Assembly: GCA_963809295.1 (NCBI GenBank)
Contig: CAWEJA010000013.1
Location: forward strand, 87,656 to 151,655
Direction: 5' to 3'
Source of the DNA: Terriglobia bacterium
Lineage (GTDB): Bacteria > Acidobacteriota > Terriglobia > Terriglobales > Acidobacteriaceae
Length of the DNA: 64,000 bases
Shown: piece by piece, positions 37,598-46,445 of the stretch
Numbering within the stretch: the stretch's first letter is position 1
Layout of the letters: each line of letters begins with the position of its first letter
Notes under the pieces: generated by a model
What the model saw: only the letters and a program-made list of their open reading frames with translations
What the model was told of the DNA's origin: nothing
Database searches by the model: none
Translations under genes and position numbers: made by a program

Positions 37598-38557
37598 ATG
37601 CCCATGTATGATTTTGGCACCGCCATGAAGAAGCTAAAGTTTCTGGTTTCGCTGACTACTAACGACAACGACTATCAGATCGAGCAAGCGGCCGATGCTG
37701 AGGCGGCCGCGAAGCGTCTTGGCATAGATATCCAGATCATTTACGCCGACAACGATTCGATTGCCCAGAGCCAGCAAATCCTGAACGTCATTCAGTCGCG
37801 ATCCGAATCCCTGCCTGACGGAATCGTTTTCGAGCCCGTGGGCGGAACCGCTCTGCCGCAGGTGGCTCGTGCCGCGGCGGCCGCCGGTATCGGCTGGGTG
37901 GTGCTGAACCGCAATGTCGAATACATTGCCGAGATCCGCAAAACCTCCAAGGTTCCGGTCTTCGGGGTGAGTTCAGACCACGAGGAGATCGGCCGCATTC
38001 AGGGGCACCAGTTTGCCGCTCTTCTGCCGAAAGGCGGGTCAGTCCTGTACATTCAAGGCCCCGCCGAAAGCCTGGCCGCGAAACAGCGGACCAGTGGCAT
38101 GTACGAGACCAAGCCGGCTGATGTGCAGATAAAAGTCATGCGAGCACAGTGGACGGAAGCCAGCTCCTATCGGGCGGTGAGCTCCTGGCTGCGGTTGTCT
38201 ACTTCTCACCAGAACCGTATCGACCTGATCGCGGCCCAGGATGACGGCATGGCGATAGGCGCAAGGAAAGCCTTTCAGGAACTACCGAACTCCGCCGCAC
38301 GCCAGCGCTGGCTGAGCCTGCCGTTTATCGGATGTGACGGCTTGCCAAAGACCGGCCAGGCCTGGGTCAAGCGGGGATTGCTGACCGCAACCATCTTCGC
38401 CGGGCCCAACACCGGTCAGGCGCTCGAAATGCTGGTGAAGGCTTTCCAGAGCGGCATCGTGCCTCCGGAGAATACCTTGAGCGCACCGGCATCCATTCCA
38501 CCGCTCGATGCGCTGGCGGCGATGCAAGCTGAAAAAGCGCGCCTGCTGTCCGTTTAG
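37598..38557 (+). CDS. Periplasmic-binding-protein-like (sugar-binding type I) domain protein without signal peptide or HTH
   Basis: 319 aa (alternative ATG at 37625 gives MKKLKFLVSLTTNDNDYQ). The type I PBP pattern (IQIIYADNDS.AQSQQI, GIGWVVLNR, IAAQDDGMAIGA) starts almost at residue 1. Confidence 0.78.
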   Translation: MPMYDFGTAMKKLKFLVSLTTNDNDYQIEQAADAEAAAKRLGIDIQIIYADNDSIAQSQQILNVIQSRSESLPDGIVFEPVGGTALPQVARAAAAAGIGWVVLNRNVEYIAEIRKTSKVPVFGVSSDHEEIGRIQGHQFAALLPKGGSVLYIQGPAESLAAKQRTSGMYETKPADVQIKVMRAQWTEASSYRAVSSWLRLSTSHQNRIDLIAAQDDGMAIGARKAFQELPNSAARQRWLSLPFIGCDGLPKTGQAWVKRGLLTATIFAGPNTGQALEMLVKAFQSGIVPPENTLSAPASIPPLDALAAMQAEKARLLSV

Positions 38558-38628
38558 AAATCCTTCCGGCTGACACGTTTTGGTAAATTGGGTGGGTTCA
38601 TTCTGTCTTCAACCCTTCGAGGAGAACC

Positions 38629-38991
38629 ATGCCCACTCTGGTCGCTGAGCCCACGCGCATCCGCGCCGCAGGCACCAAGCCGAAACTGATCGACGAATTT
38701 ATTGGCCGCATCAACACCAAAACACCGGGAGTGAGCGTGGCTCACATGCGCAGTCCGCAGGGCTGGGAAGAACCCGGACAAACGCCCGAGTTCGATGAGT
38801 TCACACTGGTGCTCAAAGGCGTTCTGCACGTGAAGCACAAGGGCGGCGAGCTTGACGTCGCCGCAGGACAGGCCGTCATCGCGCATCGCGGCGAATGGGT
38901 GCAGTATTCCACGCCCGTGGAAGGCGGAACGGAATACATTGCGATCTGCGTGCCAGCCTTCTCCATGGAGACGGTCCACCGTGACGAGTGA
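38629..38991 (+). CDS. Cupin domain protein
   Basis: 120 aa, GAGGAG upstream. GWEEPGQTPEFDEFTLVLKGVLHVKHKGGELDVAAGQAVIAHRGEWVQY. Confidence 0.8.
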   Translation: MPTLVAEPTRIRAAGTKPKLIDEFIGRINTKTPGVSVAHMRSPQGWEEPGQTPEFDEFTLVLKGVLHVKHKGGELDVAAGQAVIAHRGEWVQYSTPVEGGTEYIAICVPAFSMETVHRDE

Positions 38992-39144
38992 CTTGGTCCG
39001 CTTCGTTCCCGGTAAGAGTGACGTAGTGTTCCACGTGGAACATTTTGTTATGCTATTATTGTACGTACATAAAAGTATTTTCAAGGCTAACAGCTTTGCC
39101 GTTATGGGCTTAGGGGTGACCTGTCCCACTCTTCGCGCACGGAC

Positions 39145-39182
39145 GGGTGGCCCGCTCAAGCCCGGTTTTGGCTTGAGTGGGG
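39145..39182. repeat. REP-like hairpin, family B
   Basis: GGGTGGCCCGCTCAAGCC-CGGTTTT-GGCTTGAGTGGGG; 8-bp perfect core stem CTCAAGCC/GGCTTGAG. Confidence 0.55.
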
Positions 39183-39301
39183 ATGTTGGAGGCTGATCCA
39201 TTTATGCAACTGGCCGGGAGGGAAGCGTCGAGATTGAGTCAGAATAGACGACACGAAAACACGAAAGAGGGGCAGGAAGACTCTATCCAGCAGTAGAACT
39301 G

Positions 39302-39339
39302 CCCCACTCAAGCCAAAGCGAGGCTCGAGTGGGCCACCC
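39302..39339. repeat. REP-like hairpin, family B (inverted relative to 39145)
   Basis: CCCCACTCAAGCC-AAAGCGA-GGCTCGAGTGGGCCACCC; shares the GGGCCACCC tail with family A. Confidence 0.55.
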
Positions 39340-39351
39340 ATCCAAGCCAAA

Positions 39352-40638
39352 TCATTTTCCCAGTTCGTTTTTGAAAATGACGCCACCCTTCATCACGAAT
39401 TTTACTTTCTGCAGTTCGGTGATGTCATTGAGGGGGTTGCCACTCACAGCCACAAGATCTGCCCACTTGCCGGCTTCGACGGTTCCGGCGGTGTCACTCC
39501 AGCCCAGCAGTTCCGAGGCAACCGAAGTTCCCGCTCGAATCGCTTGCATTGGCGTCATGCCGTACTGAACGTAATATTCGAATTCCCTGGCTTGATTAAT
39601 TTTTTTCCAGTCGAACCCGCCCGCGTCCGTTCCCAGGGCAATCTTGAGCCCCTTCTGCATGGCCTTGGCAAAGTTTTGCCGCTGCAAGTCGAAAGTCTTC
39701 TTCCAAAACTCATCTCCGTCTGTGGCCAGGTTCCGGTCTACGGTAAGGGTCGGCACCCAATACACTCCTTTGCGGACCATTTCGTCCATCTGGGCGTCGG
39801 TGAGACCGTCGCCGTGCTCGATGGTGTCCACGCCAGCACGCAGAGCAGCCGCAATGCCGTCGCTGCCGACGGCGTGGGCGGCAACTTTCTTGCCCAGCCG
39901 GTGGGCTTCCGCGACGATGGCGCTCGATTCTTCATCGGTGAAATTCACGCTCGAGTGCAACCCGCCATCCGGGCCAAAGCGCTCATGCCGGTCCGAGTAA
40001 TATTTGATCCAGTCGGCTCCGTACATCACCTGTTCACGCACGGCTTTGCGCGCGCCTTCCACGCCGTCGACATACTGCACTCCGACAGGAAGCTTCAACT
40101 CCCAGGAGTAGCCGAGCAGCGGGTACATGCCAGTTGGCGCCATGGCGCGCGTGGCCACTTGCATCCGCGGGCCGGGCACTTCTCCTTTGGCAATTGCCTT
40201 CTTGAGGTCTACATCCGCGTACATCGCTCCTTCGGTTTCCAGGTCGCGCATGGCGGTGAAGCCGTGTGACAGTGCAATCTGCGCGTTGCGTGCCGCGAGA
40301 ATCGCCCGGTACGGAATCGACTCCTTCAGCAATTGCGCGTCGTATTCCTCGGCGGTGACATCGCCTTGCAAGAGCAGATGGGTATGGACGTCGATGAATC
40401 CGGGCAGCACTGTCGCGTTCGCCAGGTCCACCAACTGCATACCCGAAGGCACGCTCCCGCCCGCCGTGACCGATATGATCTTGTCCCCCTCCACCTGGAT
40501 CAGGGCGTTCTCCAGCGGCTTTTCGCCTCTTCCATCGATCAACTTCCCGGCGCGAATCGCAATCCGCGTCGCCGCCTGGCCGGCAGCTACGATCGGAAGC
40601 AAGAGGAACGAGATAAGCAAGACAAGAATGCGGCGCAT
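39352..40638 (-). CDS. Amidohydrolase family metallo-hydrolase (secreted)
   Basis: 428 aa from ATG 40638 (GGAGGAGG upstream). Signal peptide MRRILVLLISFLLLPIVAAGQA and the metal-binding HxH in LPGFIDVHTHLLLQGD. Confidence 0.9.
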   Translation of the reverse strand: MRRILVLLISFLLLPIVAAGQAATRIAIRAGKLIDGRGEKPLENALIQVEGDKIISVTAGGSVPSGMQLVDLANATVLPGFIDVHTHLLLQGDVTAEEYDAQLLKESIPYRAILAARNAQIALSHGFTAMRDLETEGAMYADVDLKKAIAKGEVPGPRMQVATRAMAPTGMYPLLGYSWELKLPVGVQYVDGVEGARKAVREQVMYGADWIKYYSDRHERFGPDGGLHSSVNFTDEESSAIVAEAHRLGKKVAAHAVGSDGIAAALRAGVDTIEHGDGLTDAQMDEMVRKGVYWVPTLTVDRNLATDGDEFWKKTFDLQRQNFAKAMQKGLKIALGTDAGGFDWKKINQAREFEYYVQYGMTPMQAIRAGTSVASELLGWSDTAGTVEAGKWADLVAVSGNPLNDITELQKVKFVMKGGVIFKNELGK

Positions 40639-40835
40639 GCCGGGGCCTCCTCCTAAATGCGGCAAGCTTATCAGAGCCGCCTTTCCTAGAATATCCGAGC
40701 ATGTGTGCGAGTCGTGTGCACGTTACTCAAATTCAATCTTGTGGGGCCCCGCGTTGGCTCTGGTTTGGCAAAACATGAGGCTCGCTCGGAGAATAAAACC
40801 TTTCTCGCGCATGTTTAGGGTCGGAGATGGACGGG

Positions 40836-40868
40836 CCCCACTTCTCGCAAAAGACGCGAGAAATGGGG
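40836..40868. repeat. REP-like hairpin, family A
   Basis: CCCCACTTCTCGC-AAAAGAC-GCGAGAAATGGGG, followed at 40913-40922 by TGGGCCACCC. Confidence 0.6.
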
Positions 40869-41033
40869 CACCCAAGCTCTTAGCCTTTTCTTACTTTGGA
40901 CAGACCCAGAGTTGGGCCACCCGCCAATCCCCTGCTTCCACTTATTCGGATTTTGCATCCTGGGTGCGCGCTGGTATGGGTAATAATGCCTGTCTGCAGG
41001 TTGTGCTCTTTCCCCTGGCAGATGGAGCCCCGC

Positions 41034-41843
41034 ATGTTGATACGTCTGGGGTATGACATTCAATTCGAGATTCCCGCTGCGGTGGCGATGGTGGGGATGC
41101 TGCATGTGCATCCTTCGCGTGCCGCCGACCTGCGCGAACCAGATGAAGTAACCATCAGCCCTAACGTGAAGGTGGAAAGCTATATCGACAGCTATGGCAA
41201 CCGCTGTGCCCGGTGGTTGGCACCGGCGGGTCCCCTGCGGCTGACTGGGTCCACTTTGATCGAAGACCCGGGAACGCCGGACGAAGGCAATCCGGAGGCG
41301 CAGGAGCATCCGGTGAACGAGTTGCCGCCGGAGACGCTTCGCTATCTGCTGAACAGCCGGTACTGCGAAGTGGACCGGCTGTCGAATCTGGCGGTGGAAC
41401 TGTTCGGCCACCTTAAACCGGGATGGAGCCGGGTGCAGGCCATTTGCGGCTGGGTCAACTGGAAGGTGGCGTTCGGATATCATCACGCGCGTTCTTCAAA
41501 AACCGCGCTGGATGTGTTTACCGAGCGCACGGGAGTCTGCCGCGATTTTCAGCACCTGGCTGTCACCTTCTGCCGGGCGCTCAATATTCCGGCGCGCTAT
41601 GCGACGGGATATCTAGGTGATATCGGCGTGCCGAAGGAACCGACGCCGATGGATTTCAGCGCCTGGTTCGAAGTTTATCTGCAGAATCGCTGGTGGACAT
41701 TTGACGCGCGGCATACCCAGCCGCGGATTGGGCGCGTACTGATGGCCACCGGCCGCGACGCCTCCGACGTTGCCATCACGACATCGTTCGGGATCGCGAA
41801 TCTGACTGGGTTTACAGTGGTGACGGAAGAAGTGTCTGGGTAA
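41034..41843 (+). CDS. Transglutaminase-like family protein
   Basis: 269 aa from ATG 41034. N-terminal Bact_transglu_N-like MLIRLGYDIQFEIP and the catalytic Cys in TERTGVCRDFQHLAVTFCRALNIPARYATGY. Confidence 0.88.
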   Translation: MLIRLGYDIQFEIPAAVAMVGMLHVHPSRAADLREPDEVTISPNVKVESYIDSYGNRCARWLAPAGPLRLTGSTLIEDPGTPDEGNPEAQEHPVNELPPETLRYLLNSRYCEVDRLSNLAVELFGHLKPGWSRVQAICGWVNWKVAFGYHHARSSKTALDVFTERTGVCRDFQHLAVTFCRALNIPARYATGYLGDIGVPKEPTPMDFSAWFEVYLQNRWWTFDARHTQPRIGRVLMATGRDASDVAITTSFGIANLTGFTVVTEEVSG

Positions 41844-41853
41844 TTGGCAAAGG

Positions 41854-41886
41854 CCCCACTTTTCGCAAAATACGCGAAAAATGGGG
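41854..41886. repeat. REP-like hairpin, family A
   Basis: CCCCACTTTTCGC-AAAATAC-GCGAAAAATGGGG. Relative to 40836-40868, both arms changed (TC to TT, GA to AA), which preserves pairing. Confidence 0.6.
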
Positions 41887-41992
41887 CATCCATTTTGTGC
41901 GCGGGGGTGGTAAGGTGCTCCCGTCTTGAATCGAGGGAACATTGCGCGCGCGTCTTCGTACCAGAGGGTGGGCATGGCCGGGAGGTGACTTG

Positions 41993-42913
41993 ATGCCAGG
42001 AAATCGTCGCAGCTCTCTTGTGGGAGCCTTTCTGCTCATCGCACTGGGACTACTGTTTCTTTACAGCAACTTCCGGCCGGGACTGGATCCCTGGCCTTTG
42101 CTGGCTCGCTATTGGCCCATACTTCTGGTTTTTCTGGGGTTGGGAAAGCTTTGGGACCAGTTTGGCCCGCAGGATAGCGTACGGAAGGCTGGGCTTAGCG
42201 GCCGCGAGATTGCCGTCATCCTGTTGCTGGTCATCTTCGGCATTGCGTTGAGCTTCAGCCGGGCTTCGCAGCGCGTCCACGATGTCGAAATTGTGGAGCG
42301 GCAAGGCGCGGACTCTGTACGCGTACGTATCCAGATGCCCGCCGGCGATCTGAAGCTCTCTGGAGGAGCAAGCAAGTTGCTCGAGGCCGATTTCAAGTAC
42401 GCGGAAAGCCAAGGCAAGCCGAAGGTTTCCTACCAGGCAGGCCAACTGGAGATTACCCAGGTGGGAAGAAAGTTCAACTTTGGCCCCACTGAAAACAGCT
42501 GGGATCTTCGCCTGGGGAACGACATACCCATGGAACTCAATATTGACATGGGTGCCGGCCAGAGTCAGGTAAAGGTCGGCGAGCTCTCGCTGACCCGGCT
42601 TGAAATGAACCTGGGCGCAGGCCAGATCACCGCGGACCTAACCGGCAATTGGAAGAAGGATCTGGAGGCCGACATAAAGGGCGGCGTCGGGAATGCGATC
42701 ATCCTGCTGCCGGAAGATGTGGGCGTGCGGGTCCATGCCACGGGAGGCATTGGTTCGATCAATGCCGGCAGCCTGAAACGCGAAGGCGACGAATACGTCA
42801 ATGACTTGTATGGCAAGTCGCCGGTCAACTTGCGGCTTGATATCTCGGGTGGGGTGGGAAATATCGAATTGCAGCCTACGGCAGTGAAGGGGAAATTAGC
42901 TTCTAGTTTCTAG
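41993..42913 (+). CDS. LiaF-like / toastrack-type membrane protein
   Basis: 306 aa from ATG 41993 (GGAGGTG upstream). N-terminal TM segments (SLVGAFLLIALGLLFLYSNF, YWPILLVFLGLGKLW, IAVILLLVIFGIALSF), then a repetitive beta-rich region (LNIDMGAGQSQV.., LEMNLGAGQITADL.., DIKGGVGNAIILLPEDVGVRVHATGGIGSI). The family name is by recollection. Confidence 0.72.
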   Translation: MPGNRRSSLVGAFLLIALGLLFLYSNFRPGLDPWPLLARYWPILLVFLGLGKLWDQFGPQDSVRKAGLSGREIAVILLLVIFGIALSFSRASQRVHDVEIVERQGADSVRVRIQMPAGDLKLSGGASKLLEADFKYAESQGKPKVSYQAGQLEITQVGRKFNFGPTENSWDLRLGNDIPMELNIDMGAGQSQVKVGELSLTRLEMNLGAGQITADLTGNWKKDLEADIKGGVGNAIILLPEDVGVRVHATGGIGSINAGSLKREGDEYVNDLYGKSPVNLRLDISGGVGNIELQPTAVKGKLASSF

Positions 42914-42993
42914 TTTCTAGTTTCTAGTGCTGCCAATCCGACATCTGTTTTAAGAACCAGGCAGGAGACACTGGAAACCGGAAACTGGAAACC
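42901..42993. repeat. Inverted pair of heptanucleotide arrays between convergent genes
   Basis: TTCTAGT x4 at 42901-42928, with TAG every 7 nt; the gene's own stop is the TAG at 42911-42913. The roughly complementary CTGGAAACCGGAAACTGGAAACC lies at 42971-42993. Confidence 0.6.
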
Positions 42994-43028
42994 ATCAGCA
43001 GAAACACGTTACTCTCCCAGCCAGAAAA

Positions 43029-43313
43029 TCATTTTCCCCCTGGCGCTGGCTGGTCTTGAATCCGTTCCAGCAAGCTCGCGATGTGCTCAAGGCGTTGGCC
43101 TGTGAGTCTGGTGGACAGGCTGTTCTTGTGAGCCATCAGGATCAACTTTATCGAGACCATGAAAACCCCGGCTTCGAGAAGCAGCTCGTGGGTGAACCCT
43201 TTGATGAATACGGATACGAGGAAAAGCACCAGGGTCAAAGCGATTACGACCGCCGACCAGGGATCGGAACGGTTTGATTCTTTGTTGGACATCTTCATCT
43301 CCTTTTTTGACAC
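43029..43313 (-). CDS. Small hypothetical membrane protein
   Basis: 94-aa ORF with two hydrophobic segments (WSAVVIALTLVLFLVSVFI, LLLEAGVFMVSIKLILMA). Lies 6 nt downstream of the MFS gene. Confidence 0.6.
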   Translation of the reverse strand: MSKKEMKMSNKESNRSDPWSAVVIALTLVLFLVSVFIKGFTHELLLEAGVFMVSIKLILMAHKNSLSTRLTGQRLEHIASLLERIQDQPAPGGK

Positions 43314-43319
43314 GGCTGG

Positions 43320-44660
43320 TCACGCCTCGGTTTTGAGAGCTCGTTTTGCAAACGGTGGGTTGCGAATTCGCAGACTAAGAATCAGGCTTGCAGACGAAAA
43401 GTAGACTAACGCGATGAATCCAAAGCTGGCCGTAAGCGAGTGGGTATGATCGTTGAGAAGACCGATTATGTAGTTTCCTGCAAATCCGCCGAGTTGCCCA
43501 CTCGAATTGATTAATCCGACCGTGGCAGCGGCTGCCGATTCACAGAGCATCGATGTCGGCATAGCCCAGAACGTGGGATAGTACGCATACAGGAATCCGC
43601 TGCCCAAAAGCAAGAATGAAGTTGCCAGGGGGACTTCGTGGCGGGCGAAGATCAAGAGCCCGAACATCGATCCCGCAGCAACGAGCGGAATAGCAGTATG
43701 CCAATGCCGTTCGCCAGTCTTGTCAGAGTGCCAACCGTTGATGAGCATCCCCGCAATGCCCATCACCGCTGGAATCAATAGCAGCGAAGTTACCGTCCGA
43801 TTGGAGAACCCCGTAATACGCTTAACAAAAGTGGGTATCCAATAGATGGTCCCGAGAGCTCCCGTGAGTGCCAGGAACCAGGCAGCAATCATCCGTAGAA
43901 TCTGCCGGTCGCAGAACGCTTCAATGATGGTGTATCTGCGAATCTTATTCTTCGCGTGCAACTCGGCTTGCATTTCGTGGACAAGCCAGTCCCGTTCGTC
44001 ATGAGGAAGCCAGCCTGCCTGTGCAGGCCAGTCCGTCAAATAAAAGATGGTGACGACTCCAAGGACGATGGCAGGGATGCCCTCCAGGATAAAGAGCCAG
44101 CGCCATCCCGCCAGCCGCCACCACTGAACTCCCAGCAGCCAGCCAGCTACAGGCGAGCCGACCAAAGAGGCAGCGGGAACTGCTGCGTACAAGCAAGCAA
44201 TTGCGCGGCTGCGTTCGCGCTGGCGGAACCAGTGCGTCAAATAAACGATCATTCCGGGGAAAAAACTGGATTCAGCGACCCCTAAAAAGAAGCGGGCGGT
44301 ATAGAACTGTTGTGCGCTTTGCACGAACCCGGTCAGGATCGTAATCAATCCCCACGACACCATGATTCGCGCGATCCATTTCCTTGCGCTTCGGCGTTCG
44401 ACGATGATGGCTCCGGGAATCTCAAACAAGACATAACTTACATAAAAAATTGCGACCCCGAAACCATAGGCCCGGTCGCTGAAGCCCAGATCGGCGCTCA
44501 TTCGAAGGTTGGCAAAGGAAACGTTGACGCGGTCGATGTAGTTAACGATGTAAATGAGAAAGACAAAGGGAAGCAGCCGGTAAGCGATTCGCCGTATGGC
44601 TCGCTGGCCCACGTCGCTTATCTCGGTCTGCATCACACCTTTACTCCCACCCGAAGACAT
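43320..44660 (-). CDS. MFS transporter (anion:cation symporter-like)
   Basis: 446 aa with about 12 TM segments. LPFVFLIYIVNYIDRVNVSFANL and FFLGVAESSFFPGMIVYLTHWF resemble the ACS subfamily. Confidence 0.9.
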   Translation of the reverse strand: MSSGGSKGVMQTEISDVGQRAIRRIAYRLLPFVFLIYIVNYIDRVNVSFANLRMSADLGFSDRAYGFGVAIFYVSYVLFEIPGAIIVERRSARKWIARIMVSWGLITILTGFVQSAQQFYTARFFLGVAESSFFPGMIVYLTHWFRQRERSRAIACLYAAVPAASLVGSPVAGWLLGVQWWRLAGWRWLFILEGIPAIVLGVVTIFYLTDWPAQAGWLPHDERDWLVHEMQAELHAKNKIRRYTIIEAFCDRQILRMIAAWFLALTGALGTIYWIPTFVKRITGFSNRTVTSLLLIPAVMGIAGMLINGWHSDKTGERHWHTAIPLVAAGSMFGLLIFARHEVPLATSFLLLGSGFLYAYYPTFWAMPTSMLCESAAAATVGLINSSGQLGGFAGNYIIGLLNDHTHSLTASFGFIALVYFSSASLILSLRIRNPPFAKRALKTEA

Positions 44661-44692
44661 GTGAATCCCTTTGGCTTCTTCTGCATGAGTTT

Positions 44693-45520
44693 TTACAGCC
44701 GGTCGAATTTGCGCGCAACATAGACGAAGCGAGAAAGACGTCCTTCTCTGGCAACGCGGGAAGCGACGGCAAGGAACTCCTGCTGTTCGTCATACGCCTG
44801 ACCGCCTTCGACCTGGCGCAGGGCACTGCTCCTGGATGCTCGGGCTGCGCGTCTGGCCTCAGCAACCTTGGCCATGTTCGCGGTTACATCTTCACACACC
44901 AGCAACCGCAATCCGCACTGCGCAATAACGCGTCCGTTATAGCCGTGGGGAACGAACAAATAGAACCCTGCCGAACTTCGTACCGCGATTTCTGCGTTCG
45001 TCAGCGCTCCGGTTACCGTGATGGGATCGGTAAACAGCACCCGCCCGCCCGATTTCAGCAACCGGGCCCACTCCGCAACGACACTCGGCCGATCGGGGAA
45101 ATGGTTGATGGCGTCGATACAAGTGATAGCGTCGAAGGTGGCATCAGGGAATGGCAACCTTCCCGCAGCATCTGTTGCCCGAAATTCGGCGCGGTCAGTC
45201 AATCCGCGTTGGGCTGCGAGTGAATTCGCCGTCCTTACTGCCTGTTCATGAACATCAATGCCGATAACGGAACATCCGATAAGGGCTGTGCTGCGTAGCG
45301 CCGGCCCTCCCGCTCCACAAGCAACGTCGAGCAGGGTCTTTCCCGGAGAGAGGTCGAGCCACTGCAGAAATCGGTCGTGCTCCTCTGACGTGAGCCAGCT
45401 ATTTTGTCCAATATCTTCACCAAACGCTTCACGACGGATCTGCGCGTAAAGGTCCGTTTCGAAATTTCCGTAATTGGTGTTGTACTGACCAGCGGGAGGA
45501 AGCGAATTGGATTTTTCCAT
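44693..45520 (-). CDS. Class I SAM-dependent methyltransferase
   Basis: 275 aa from ATG 45520 (MEKSNSLPPAG..) with SAM motif I LLDVACGAGGP. The 454-aa ORF in the track is an out-of-frame read-through into the hpf region. Confidence 0.85.
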   Translation of the reverse strand: MEKSNSLPPAGQYNTNYGNFETDLYAQIRREAFGEDIGQNSWLTSEEHDRFLQWLDLSPGKTLLDVACGAGGPALRSTALIGCSVIGIDVHEQAVRTANSLAAQRGLTDRAEFRATDAAGRLPFPDATFDAITCIDAINHFPDRPSVVAEWARLLKSGGRVLFTDPITVTGALTNAEIAVRSSAGFYLFVPHGYNGRVIAQCGLRLLVCEDVTANMAKVAEARRAARASRSSALRQVEGGQAYDEQQEFLAVASRVAREGRLSRFVYVARKFDRL

Positions 45521-45768
45521 TCGGATATCCGCACAAATGGGCTCAGAAGCTGGCTGTCGTGATTTCAAGAGCCGCGGGAATTGTACCCGGTTCCTGACCT
45601 CAAAATTGACTACTTCGCTGCCGCGTCTTATGCCTGTTTTCGACAGATGGAAGAGGAAAATGCAGTTGAGAAACACCCGCTTTGCAGAGGGTCCCATCTG
45701 GCCAAGCGCGGCCTCCGCCAGCACAGCCGTGGACAGTTCTCCCCAGCCTGCGTGGCTTAACGACTGAC

Positions 45769-46373
45769 TTACGGAGCTTCGATCAGCTCCATCTTGCCCT
45801 CGCGGGTGCGGTGCAGGACCATGACTTTGCCCTGGAGGTCGCGGAAGACGAAGACATCGCGGTCGCGGAAGTGGGCTTCCTTGATGGCCTCTTCCAGGGT
45901 CATGGGGCGCACGGCGACGGCGTCTTCGGTGCGGACCAGGTGAACCTCGGTGGACTTGGCGACCGCGGGGAACTTGTGCACGACCAGTGAAATCTCCGCC
46001 GTCTCCTCGAGTCCGACCGCGGCGGGCAGTCTTTCCTGCGCGCCCTTTCCATTCCATTTCTTGTTCTGGTTCTTTGCTGGTGGCGCTTCTTGCTGCGCCA
46101 GCGGGTCTTGTATTTGACCGCCTGCTTTTCCAGGTGGTCGATGGCCTGGTTGATGGCGGACTTCATGTCGCCGGCCTGAGCTACGCCGACCAGCGGTCCG
46201 TTGCGCGGGCTGATGGTGATTTCCGCTTTGTGACGGTGTTTTTCGATGGCCAGGATTACCTTGCTATCGAATTTGTCGCCGAGAATCTTGCGGATTTTGG
46301 CCAGGCCGGTTTCGACTGACTTGCGGAGGGCAGGAGTGATTTCGCACTTTCTGCCGGTGAACTCTACGTTCAT
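45769..46373 (-). pseudogene. hpf: Ribosome hibernation promoting factor, long form, split by one frameshift
   Basis: N-terminal domain MNVEFTGRKCEITPALRKSVETGLAKIRKILGDKF..AINQAIDHLEKQAVKYKTRWRSKK (ORF 45900..46373). The C-terminal dimerisation domain HKFPAVAKSTEVHLVRTEDAVAVRPMTLEEAIKEAHFRDRDVFVFRDLQGKVMVLHRTREGKMELIEAP is in another frame. The frames join if one A is added to the AAA run (plus-strand TTT 46073-46075). Confidence 0.85.
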
Positions 46374-46445
46374 GAGCGCCCCTTTCTATCTGCTTATGGG
46401 CCGCGACTAGGGGCACGGCTAAAGCTCGTGCCCTTCCCTTTTACT

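Noticed and set aside
44693-46057. 454-aa version of the methyltransferase ORF, and the 297-aa version of the cupin ORF (33029-33922)
   Set aside because: The N-terminal extensions are Arg/Pro/Gly-rich read-throughs that overlap neighbouring genes (hpf and the serine hydrolase) in other frames. Internal ATGs with Shine-Dalgarno sequences give family-typical N-termini.
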